From the NCBI GenBank assembly GCA_047495785.1, contig JBLDXI010000042.1, positions 992,001 through 1,056,000 on the forward strand: a DNA stretch of 64,000 bases. The letters run 5' to 3'. The notes under the pieces were generated by a model. That model did not search any database. It worked only from the letters and a program-made list of their open reading frames with translations, and had not been told where the DNA came from. Every line of letters starts with the position of its first letter. Position 1 is the stretch's first letter. Made by a program: the position numbers and the translations under genes. This document shows, one piece after another, positions 33,064-43,191 of the stretch. Origin of the DNA: Lepidodermella squamata (lineage: Eukaryota; Animalia; Gastrotricha).

Positions 33064-34398
33064 ATGCCTTACATAATGAAAACAGCAGTCATATACTTGC
33101 TTTCCACGATTATTATTTCTTCAACCCAAGCTGATCAATGGTGGACGGATGAGGGTGGTGATTCGACACATTCTGGCTACCGGCCTGACATTCTTGGAGA
33201 GGCCTCGCCTAGTATGGAATTCGGCAAACGCTGGGAAAAAACTGTGCGCCCTGTCGATGGCTACATAACCCTTAACCAACCTTTGGTCTTCCAAGGCTTG
33301 ATCTACCTTCAAAGCAACAAAGGCACATTCTACGTAATCCGCGAAACCGATGGCGAATTGGCTGCAACAATCAGCATAGAGAGCCCCAATGCGGACAGCC
33401 AAATGATAGCCCAGCCTTTGATCTGCTATGGCAGTAATGAGAGGCCGTATTTAATTTCTCGAATTGATAAGATAACCCTTCGAAAGACGGTGTTTCTTGC
33501 AATTGATATTGAGACGAGGCAAATAACAAGTAAAACATACGACCTACTGCAAGCTGCAACCTTCGCCACAGATTTCCGCATGTCCTGCAGTCAGAGGTAC
33601 GGCATGTTGTACGCAAAAGGAACTGAGAACGGGAAAAGAGTTAAGGCCATGTCCATACCAGATTTTCAGCAACAATTCGACGAGGGGTTAAATGATAATA
33701 ACTCAGTTTATTCGTCTGCAATCTATGAGGAACGGGTCTTCATCTCATCTATAGGCCGGCTTTATGAATTGAATCCTCTCAGCGGAGCCATTTTGAACGA
33801 GATTTCTCTGGAATCGAACGCCGAGGGTTTGTGGACACCTATTGTCGTAAACAATATGATTATTGCTGTTACCTTTGAGTATAAGGACGGTATAAGCCAG
33901 ACGAATTTGCATGGTATAGACCTTACAGTCCCTACGCCCATAGTCAAATGGACAACTCAAGCTGTCAGCAGCACTACAATATCGACAATAATGGCTAGCG
34001 ATGGAAATTTTACATATTTCGTTAGACCAGAGGACAAAACGTCGATTGCAGTTATCCGCAACACCGATGGAAAGTGGGTGAAAACCATGCAATGCAAAGC
34101 CTCACAGTTGCCTTTAGGTTCTCACCTAATTGTAACTGAAGATTTCATCTTCACAGAAGCCTGCTCGTATCTAACGGCCTTTAACAAAACAAGTGGCGCT
34201 AGTGTGCTGCAGACAAATTTTGACGCCGACACTGTGACATATCACGATGGCACGATCTATGCTATTCAACTCTTCGATCCGCCGATTATTGGATCTTACA
34301 GGGTCAGTGAAGATGAATCAAACTCGGCTCATCCTTGTTCTCCACCGTACTTTTCCTTATGGATATTGGCTCTGCTTGCTATTAAATTCCATACTTGA
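33064..34398 (+). CDS. Intronless secreted, probably GPI-anchored PQQ-like/BamB-type beta-propeller protein (likely start 33076)
   Basis: Signal peptide; WWTDEGGDSTHSGY N-terminal motif; blade motifs (FYVIRETDGE, LYELNPLSGAI, LHGIDL...VKW, LTAFNKTSGA); small residues followed by a terminal hydrophobic tail. Confidence 0.8.
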   Translation: MPYIMKTAVIYLLSTIIISSTQADQWWTDEGGDSTHSGYRPDILGEASPSMEFGKRWEKTVRPVDGYITLNQPLVFQGLIYLQSNKGTFYVIRETDGELAATISIESPNADSQMIAQPLICYGSNERPYLISRIDKITLRKTVFLAIDIETRQITSKTYDLLQAATFATDFRMSCSQRYGMLYAKGTENGKRVKAMSIPDFQQQFDEGLNDNNSVYSSAIYEERVFISSIGRLYELNPLSGAILNEISLESNAEGLWTPIVVNNMIIAVTFEYKDGISQTNLHGIDLTVPTPIVKWTTQAVSSTTISTIMASDGNFTYFVRPEDKTSIAVIRNTDGKWVKTMQCKASQLPLGSHLIVTEDFIFTEACSYLTAFNKTSGASVLQTNFDADTVTYHDGTIYAIQLFDPPIIGSYRVSEDESNSAHPCSPPYFSLWILALLAIKFHT

Positions 34399-35248
34399 AT
34401 GAATACATTAATGGGAAATGATCAATCTCGTTCGAAGCACTCATATTCGTAAGACATATCAATCGGTGTCCCTTATTATGTTAACAGCCTTAATTGTAAC
34501 TAAATTTGCTCAACAAAAGTACCAAGAAATGCTTGAGCTCACCTCTATTGAACATCAAAACAGTTAAGCTTATTCTGCGCCGAGTTCTACTAATTCCTTC
34601 CCACATTTCCAACAGTTATTTATGCCGCATCCAACATGACCGGATCTAAGCTCGAAATCCCGAATTTTGATTGTTGTTTCTCCCGGAGGCAAATTCAGCT
34701 GTTCGAGAAAAACGACTGGAACCATTATATGCCCTAGTTTTTCATCACTTGGTGCTTGCGTGGAATCTTCTTGACTTCATTCAGGCGAGCCGCGATTTAG
34801 CAGCCTGTTTGGCACGCGTCGCCATGTTGAGTTGTTTACGAGAAGAACGGTTCAGGGTCCAAACGTGAGAAGAATGAATGGAAAACTCGAACGATGGACT
34901 TTGCCCTCGACCAGGATCGAACCGCCTCTTGTCGATGCCTGGTTGGCTGGTATGAGCGAATCGGGAAAAATGAATACCTTGCCTTTAGGTGAGCTGAAGA
35001 CGACGCCGAATAGCAGTACACAGTAGGATTGTGTTGAGTCAGTAATAAATATTGTATTTTAATCGTGCAAGCGCCGTCGCAATCAGGTGTTAGGAAACCT
35101 GGTACGCACTTCACGTCCCCTTAGAATTCGAAAATCGATACGCAGATATTAACAGCCTTCAGCGAGCAAAATTTGCAATTAAACATAATCAGTGTCTGTC
35201 TCTTTCAGCGCGTTGCCATGGCACCTGTCTCAAGACGTAGCAACGGTC

Positions 35249-35484
35249 TAAAGTATGCGTAATATTTTTTTTGCATCGCATTTTTTCAATAACTTTTCAA
35301 CCATGAGGAATGTTTTAAAGTTTTCGTCACCAATTTTTTCTCTCGCACCCAATTCAAATGAAAATTTGAGGAAAGTTTACCGCAGACTAGATCTATCGAC
35401 TGGTGAAAACCACTTTAAAACATTCCTCATGGTTGAAAAGTTATTGAAAAAATGCGATGCAAAAAAAATATTACGCATACTTTA
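35249..35484. mobile_element. Young TA-flanked MITE with long perfect TIRs
   Basis: ~70-bp perfect inverted arms taaagtatgcgtaata...gaatgttttaaag / ctttaaaacattc...tattacgcatacttta; degenerate copy of the core at ~37190-37310. Confidence 0.9.
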
Positions 35485-35527
35485 TTTTTAGCTCCTGTAT
35501 TCAATTACAGCCCTCTTTATAGCTTTC

Positions 35528-35580
35528 CCTTGTTTAAAGACCGGGTCTGGCGCCCGACCCAGTGCCTTTATCGCACTGTA
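35528..35580 (+). repeat. Fragment of a dispersed repeat also present at 47388-47436 (possible SINE)
   Basis: cccttgtttaaaga..ggtctg....ga.cc.gtgcctttatcg is shared. Confidence 0.5.
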
Positions 35581-35895
35581 CATATATATTCAAGCTTATT
35601 TTTCTTCGCATGAAAGCACTCGCAAATTTGTCTTTTGTATTGCGTGGACGATAGGAAACTTCCGTAAAAACCTGCGATAAAAATAAAAGCCTTATATCAT
35701 CCTCTACAAATGAGGGAGGCATTGCCTTATCTAATAGATTACCCCCGAATACGAAAATAAAATAATGAAGTTCCAATTACAAAAGTCGGGTTCGCCTATA
35801 TTTATATTCCATATTCCGTCCTAGACCTCAAGCATCAACTAGTGATGTCGTTGTCGAAAAGTTTAACGGAAAAGTTCTCGGACATTATTTTTCAG

Positions 35896-36729
35896 GGAAA
35901 AGTTACTTGGAGCCCTTCTCTGTGGAATGGTAGAATTTCAACTTCCTGGGGTGTTAAAGACTTGTTCCTCGGTTCGTGCTTTACATATTGGGTGCTTTAC
36001 GACTGTGGGCAAAACTCATTCATCTCCTGCATCTATGCAAAGGACAAATATGGTGTCGTCATTAATTATGCAGCGCTCAACTTGATGGTTCTTACTCGTC
36101 TGCTTGCCCAAAACTCACTTGAGTTCACGAAAGAGTTGTACAAGCAGGCGAAAGTTGACATTCCTGCCGAATGGGGGCCTATGGCTGTGCAAACAGTAAC
36201 CAACTACGGAGCTCACAATGAAATCAACATAAAGACCACATTGAACATAATCCGTCCAGAATATATAATCTGTGAATGTTTTTTAACTCCGTTACGAATT
36301 CTTTGCTTCAATTTTATCTTCAAGAACAACACCGACGACGACTGGGTACTTTCGACTATTTGCTTTTGAACGATATTCTACAAATATATGTTTCATTTTC
36401 AGAAACACCGGCTGACACATGGTGCTTCTGTTGGTTTGTTGGTTGGAGCAACGTTTATTTCCATGAATATCAGAGCAAATGACCCAGAGCGAGGTTGGAT
36501 TATACCGTGGAAAATGATAAAGTTCGGAGCTGCATTTGCAGCAGTTGGCTACGGGCCTAAAAACGTGGTTGGTATATTATTTGCGCACACGGCTTGGGGG
36601 CGGCAAGGCGAACAATGGCTGAAAAACCAGAAAGTGAAATATTGTTTGAACTTTCTCACGATGTTCTTTGAAGCGCTGGCAATTCAAGAAACGATACCTC
36701 CGTTTGATCCTTTTGTCTCGTGGGAGTGA
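35896..36729 (+). CDS. 3' exons of an unknown hydrophobic protein (5' end not resolved)
   Basis: Acceptor ttttcag at ~35895; open frame; plausible phase-0 intron ~36345-36402 joins the two ORFs; AATAAA after the stop; no recognisable family. Confidence 0.4.
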
Positions 36730-36903
36730 TGTCCGGGAAGGAATCGACCTCATCGTACATCGTACGGATTTATGACGTTAATAAACAAATTAATCCGGTT
36801 AAATAATCGAAAATGAGTGTCTCAATTCAACACAGTCCTGCTACAATTTGTCAGATTTTGCGCTCTCTGGCGATGAGTTGAGAAGGCACTGTGACTCCAC
36901 TAT

Positions 36904-36950
36904 GGGGCCCGAAAATACCCCCTAGTTCCAGGATCCTACTTCGCGCAGTG
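36904..36950. mobile_element. Partial copy 4 of the ...CGCGCACTG MITE family
   Basis: ggggcccgaaaataccccctagttccaggatcctacttcgcgcagtg. Confidence 0.6.
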
Positions 36951-37658
36951 CAGTGGATTCAAGTCTCTTACGGTGGGTCACCGATTTATCTACAAAATTC
37001 ATCCGCTACCTGAAATTGGCTTACCAAGCGCCGGATAATGTTTTGTGGATTATGAACTTTCCTCTGGGTTCAAAATTGAAGTTCTTGGTTGTAGGGACCT
37101 AATTCTCAGCGAAGAAGATTGCCCGATAAAGCCTCTCTGCATGCCATTCAACCACAATTTTGGAAGTTTTTGCTGACATCTCAAGCATTTTCACCGCCGA
37201 TTTTATTCAGATCTCGAATCTGATTCCAAGGAGAATTTCAGAAAGGTTTACCGTACACTAGATCTATATCGAATGTTGGAAAACCGCTTCGAAACATTTA
37301 CAATGATTTATTACGAGACAAAGATAATATTGTCCGTAATTTATTAAAATGGCTTAACAAACACAAATAAATTAATTTTGCGATTAATTTGTTCGGAATT
37401 GAAGCAGTTTTAAATGTCCCAAGTAGCAAGCATCAGTAGGACGCGGTCTTGGATCCTACTGGAGCTGCGGGGGATGGGAATTTTGTTTTGCTCTACTCGC
37501 CAAAAATGACAAAGTGATTTTAACTTAAAAAAATGGGTACTGTAATCCTAGATAGCGATCCAAATCTAACGACCTCTGTTCTAATTCACATCACGCGCTA
37601 GCTCACCGAATGCGTTGAGAGACATTCATGATAAGTACTATAGTCAATGAGCGGCTAA

Positions 37659-39274
37659 ATGATGAAATTCCTAACGCTTTCTGTTATATTATCTTTTAAA
37701 GTCGTACAAATCGACGCTGTAATCAAGTCAATATCTCACCACTCTGTATCTCATCAAGGTAACTAAAATTTGGGTGCGCTCATTCCTTTCTTACATTCTA
37801 ATTATTGTTTATTCCGATCGAAAAGGAAAGCCATGCAATAGGCCGGATTTCAAAGATGTTAAAAAGCCGAAAGCGAGAATTTTCAATGGCGATCGATTCC
37901 TGGGTCCAGCCCAATGGATAGGTGTGGTCATGTTTCAGTAAGTGCCCGCAATGAATTAACAATAACAGATCCAAAAATCATCGAATTGTTAGCAACAAGA
38001 ATGGAACTTTGGAAAGCAATTTTGGGTAATTTGATCATGAATTCAAGTTTCAAAGGCTGAAAATATCTTAGAAAGTACAATGGCCCATGCACTGGGTTCC
38101 TGATCGATGATGTGTGGGTACTGACAGCCGCCCATTGCATGGCTTTTAACGAACAGTTGATGTAAGAAACACCCAGCTTTTTCGACTATGAAATCTTATT
38201 GGTGCCAATTTTTCAAGGCGATGGGACCACAACTCATATTTTCACCCGCAGACGTGTAACAGAACCTATGATGTCGTCTTCCGATTTGGGAAGGGCCCTG
38301 TCAATTCTGACCCGGCTAAGACACCCTATGTCGACATTCCAGTTGATCATTACGTTTACCACAGCGACTTCAAATCAGGTTTTACTTCAATTTTTTATAA
38401 AGTTAATTTCTCATAGTTTCTCCAAGGCGATCCGACTGCTTTTGGCGACATAGCTCTGCTACATCTTCACATTGTGAGATCAACGGATAAGGGCTATACA
38501 ACCGCTAAAGCAAATGAGCGGCATCTTTGCCTCCCAAATTCAGACGATAAATTAGAGGCTTTGCCAGAAATCAGCAAAGATCCTGATCACACCTGCATTG
38601 CAATTGGTTTACATTTCGAATTTTTCCGAAAATCTTCGCTAGAATGTTGATTTGTAGGCTACGGATTGCGGTATCCATGGGATGACAGCGGTTCGAACTT
38701 TGCTCTCATCGGTAAGATTCAGCTGGGAGCAAGCAAGATTTGCAACCAGCATCGCACCTTCACGAAAGACGGGCCCGAGATTTGTTTCACGGGCTATGTT
38801 GACCAATCGAAAATTCCTAAGGTTAGCGATCCAAGGGATGAAACTGAAGTAGCGGCCGCTCGTATATCAGCCACCACCTTGACTTGTAAAGGAGATTCTG
38901 GCGGGCCTGTTTTCTGCCCTGATCGCTCTACCAGCCCTCCGAAATTTAAACTCTACGGCTTATCGATAGGCGGTACTGGGCAGATATGCGGGCTTCATAA
39001 TGTATCAATTGCTACCAGTCTGTTACACTACGGCAGTTGGCTGGACAAATTCTGGACCTTATGGCCAGGGTGGATGGGTAAATTTGAATGCGAACAGCAT
39101 ATACGTTCTGCGACCAAGTATTGTTTCGAGGTGATGCGACGGCCGTGCAATGGGGATATAAAATGTGGGCAAAACAAGACGCATCGAGCGGTTAACTACA
39201 ACAAACGAAGCTATTGGCACGTTAATTCGAATGACCCAAAATACATTGTTCACTCCGCATTTTATTGCCAATAA
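37659..39274 (+). CDS. Secreted S1-family serine protease (paralogue 3) with Cys-rich C-terminal extension, multi-exon
   Basis: Signal peptide MMKFLTLSVILSF; R|IFNG; CTGFLIDDVWVLTAAHC; GDIALLHL; CKGDSGGP. Confidence 0.9.
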
Positions 39275-39381
39275 ACCAATTTCTTTGAATTAACCGCATT
39301 TTCAACAGGCTTTTAGTCAAATAAAAGGGGGCGCGAGCGAGGCGGCTAGCTTACGCAAGTATGAAGATGTTTTATGTACGG

Positions 39382-39429
39382 TACAACGATTTTCCTGCTT
39401 CCTAGCTAGGAAGCAGGAAAATCGTTGTA
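39382..39429. repeat. Perfect 48-bp spacerless palindrome
   Basis: tacaacgattttcctgcttcctag|ctaggaagcaggaaaatcgttgta. Confidence 0.95.
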
Positions 39430-39629
39430 ACGTATTACCGCGCTTTGAGTGTCATGCCACTATAGCTCGTTTTACAGTGGCATGTCACTATGCCCCGTTT
39501 ATAGTGGCATGCCAAATTAAATTTCAATGCAAAACATTAGGTGCCACTATAATCGAGGAAATTGAAAAAGGGTCAAAAACCATGTTTCACTTTATAGTGG
39601 CATGACACTCAAAGCGCGGTAATACGGTA
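39428..39629. mobile_element. TA-flanked MITE (Tc1/mariner/pogo-like ends)
   Basis: TIR cgtattaccgcgctttgagtgtcatgccactata / tatagtggcatgacactcaaagcgcggtaatacg; internal repeats of gccactat/atagtggc. Confidence 0.88.
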
Positions 39630-40515
39630 GGAGGAAGCTTTCTGTTACATCGATGCTCTGCTCGATAGAATTCGTTCATACACCCAGACGCCTCTCTGCT
39701 GCGTAATAACCGAACTTATAAAGAAAAGAGCAATCGCCAATAGTCTGATCCGTGACTCCTATACATTGATCGACGTAGCAGGAAGCGTTCCATAACATCA
39801 ACAGGAAGCCTTTCGTTCGATTCGTAAAATCTCGAATCGATCTCACCGTTGTTGGGGCGATGCAGGAATTTTGTAATGCTTCGTTCCTTTTGTTTCCTTA
39901 TCTGAACATTTATGTCCGTCTATATCGGTTCAATCGCTGAAGACTGTCGGCAAATGCCAGCAGTAAACCCGCCTGATTTCGAAACAAATAATTTTCGGGT
40001 GTTTCTAAGCCGTTTCAAAGCCGGGAAACATCAAAGACAGCGGTTTCGACACCCCCAAGCACCGGGTCGTTATTTTAAGACTGGCTATTCGATTTCAGCT
40101 TCTATTGCGTTACCTATAGCTAGAACTATTTGCGATACCCTAGGAGCCGCCGTCGCTAATGCGAACTTTTTCCGAGTTTAGTCAGGGTAATCAGTTGGTT
40201 AAGTGCCGTGCTGCATGATGTTCATCATGGCAGAGCCTGTACCTTGCTCTGTGTGATTTTTATAATAATGGGCCACAAAAGTTGGCGAAAATCTCAAGTT
40301 TCGGAATCCAACGCACCGAGCTCCTATGATATGAAAAGCTAGCATTTAAATAATTGTACGTTCTGATTGATTGATGATGGCACGAAACAGATCAAATAGT
40401 CGAGGCGGAGGAATTTTCACGGTGGCGTTGAAAGCTTCCGTTCTGCTGACATAAGTGCAGAGGGAAGCTGCTCCCTATTCGCATTCTCAGCATCCTTTCT
40501 TTAAATGACAAGCGA

Positions 40516-41792
40516 ATGAACGAAACCTTCAAAGCTCAGTCGAAGCCAACAGCAGCAGCAGTTGTGCTGCCAGGTGGGGCTTGGATTTCGGCTGATATCG
40601 AGGATCGCGGCTTCAATGGCTCGCGGCCGTACTTCATCGGCTGGTTCCACGACCTCAGCAAACCCTCAATCGAAGGTCGACTGCCGTATACGTTGACCAT
40701 TGTCATACTGGCCGTATTCGGGATCGTAGCCAGCATCGCTAACATCGTTGTCTACTACAAACGCCGCGTTAACAACAGCTTCATCATGCTGTGTTGCTTG
40801 CTCGCCGTTCGAAAAATCGCGTGGGCGCTGAATTGCTGCGTCAGCATGCTGATCACGCTACCAACTGGATATTGGGATGCCAGTCCGATCTCGTGTTCGC
40901 TCTTGTTTTTAATATCGGGTTCCGTCGGCGGTTTCGGCGGATGTGTCAACTTTCTCATCAGCTACGAACGCCGCCTCTGCGTCACCTCTGCAAGCATGTA
41001 TCGGACCAGCTCGACTAAAGTAAGAATAATCCGAACCGCAGTTTATCTTCATGAATTCATGTCTTTTCATTCCAGCTTTTGATCCTCGCCGCCGTTTTGT
41101 TCGCAATCTGCATAATCCCTAATATAATATTTACATTCGCCTCGACGCCGACGATGATGCACCAGCGGCTGGTTGTCGAAGGCATCAACAACAACACAGC
41201 CATCGATTTGTGCGGATTTTTCCCGTATCGCTGCGCCGGTTCGGCAGACTCTGTCCTAGTAGTAGTGATCGTTTATCTGGTTTATGTTCAAGCTACAACA
41301 ATTGGACTGGCTCTGAACTATTGGTAACTTTGCCGTTAACTAACGAATATGAGCAATATTCTTGTTCAATTTAGGAAAATATTCTCCCAAATCCGATCAG
41401 TCCGGCGTCGTTGGCGTTTACAGCAAAGCGGGGCTGCGATAGCTAACCAGGAGGCGCAGTGGTACCAGCGCGAGTTGTTCTTCGCCAAACAGTCGATTGC
41501 CTCTGTTCTCGCGAACAACGTGTGCCAAATGCCGCTGGCTGTTCAGATTGCTCTGCAGCTTGGCTACTCAGAGATCGGGCCACGTTACGCTACCGGCGAC
41601 TTCAACAAATACAGCCACGCGTGCATCATGATTGAAATAACCGCATCGGCTGTAGTTCGCATGCTGAAACCCGGACCTGCCAATAATAGCGTCGGCAATG
41701 CTTCGCTGAATGGTAAACTGATTGCAATTGCGCAAAAAACAGACAAAGCTTCATCAACTAGCGAGCAAGGGCGATTCAAGGGCAAATTTTAA
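40516..41792 (+). CDS. Divergent rhodopsin-like GPCR; exons 40516-41019, 41076-41323 and 41375-41792
   Basis: TM1 GIVASIAN; TM2 LAVxK; ECL1 W..SPISC; TM3 ISYERRLCV (E/DRY-like); TM6 CQMP; in-frame GT-AG splices. Confidence 0.75.
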
Positions 41793-42525
41793 AAATAATT
41801 AAAATTTCGACGAAGTAGATCGAGAATAAAAATGAACCCAGCCTCGCTTTTAGATTAGCTTTTAGTAACCGATATACTGAATTTACTTGAGTTAGAATTG
41901 TTAGAGTCCACGATGGAATTGCGACTAAAGCTCGAAAGCCGGATATTCGTTGTAACTTTTTGTTGTATGACCAAATGACCAAATGAATCAGTTTTATTTT
42001 TCGTCCTCTGTGAAAAATGTGATGTTAATATCGTTCACGTCGCGGAAGAACTCGCACTTCGGTTTTTTTTCTCTGATTACAGGACTTTAGTATACAGTTG
42101 ACTGTATTTTTTGTACAGCTCATCTCGGCAGTATTGTTTTCTACGGTATTACAGCTGTAGAATTTGTACAGTAAATACCGGCCGTACATTAGCATACAGT
42201 AATCACACTGTACTGATAAGTACTGCCAAATGCCGTAGTACAGTGAAAATCGTGGAATATGTATCAAAGTATGAATGGCTATAATCGATGGGTCATGTCT
42301 GATGAACGCGTTTTATAAAGCCTTTATACTCGTTTTGACTCATTTCTGGTATTTGGCTGGTATTTGTTACCAGAAAGCCGACCTACTTTACGGCGGCGAC
42401 AAATGAGCTAGCGACAAAATAGACGCATATCATTATTATAGCGTAAAGAAATGTCATGCCCTTGAACGTTTGAAAATTATTAAGAATCACACTGAATTCT
42501 CGGAATTTGAAAAATTACGGTCGTA

Positions 42526-42732
42526 TGACATTTCGGCCCACGACGTTTTAGCCCCGACTTTTCAGTCCCGTCAAATGAGCCGGAAGAGATTTCAGCCCGC
42601 GACATAAGAGCCCTTATTCAAATAAAAATTAGCAACATTTTAGCCGCGACGAGAGACGTTTCAGCCTTAAATGTTTATTTCAAAGACGGCATTCCCTCAT
42701 TCGACATTTTAGTCAGCGACAATTCAGCCCTA
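42526..42732 (+). repeat. Degenerate minisatellite GAC(A/G)TTT(C/T)AGCC, ~8 units
   Basis: gacatttcggccc, gacgttttagccc, gacttttcagtcc, gatttcagccc, acattttagcc, gacgtttcagcc, gacattttagtc, gacaattcagccc. Confidence 0.6.
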
Positions 42733-43191
42733 ATTACTCCCAATAACTTATTGGCCAATTGAGTGCTCTGCCCATAACTATCCAACTCGTCGTAACTGCC
42801 TTGTTCGTTTCGTAAACACTATTCGGCCCGTTGTCAGCTCCCCTGTTGTAGAGGTGAAGTTTTATGGATGAGTGACCAAAACTGAACCAAATTTTCTCAA
42901 TCTTTTAGTTTCACGATAAATTGAGAATTGAGAGGTCTTGATGCACGATATAAATGGCCAACAATCAACATTTTAGGTTGATTTTTAGGTTGAAACTCGG
43001 TGACAATTGATAAAACGTTGTTTTTAACGTAAAACTCATCTTTCTCGCTCGTGCCTGGCCGCAAGCTGGCTCGTGTCGCATGAAAAAAATTTCCAACAAA
43101 AATATTTTATTATTTCAATTTTTATTCAACTATTTAGAACGAACCTTAAAGTGACAAGATTTATTGACTTACATTATCTTCCTGTTACAAA

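Noticed and set aside
34671-35026. Possible upstream exon(s) of the 35896-36729 gene
   Set aside because: A donor is present at ~34989 but frame and start could not be established
39293-39331. Partial look-alike of the channel-cluster inverted repeat (gtcaaataaaaggggg); also tcatttgac at 51661 inside the LINE ORF
   Set aside because: Single arm with no matching partner at 36-48 nt
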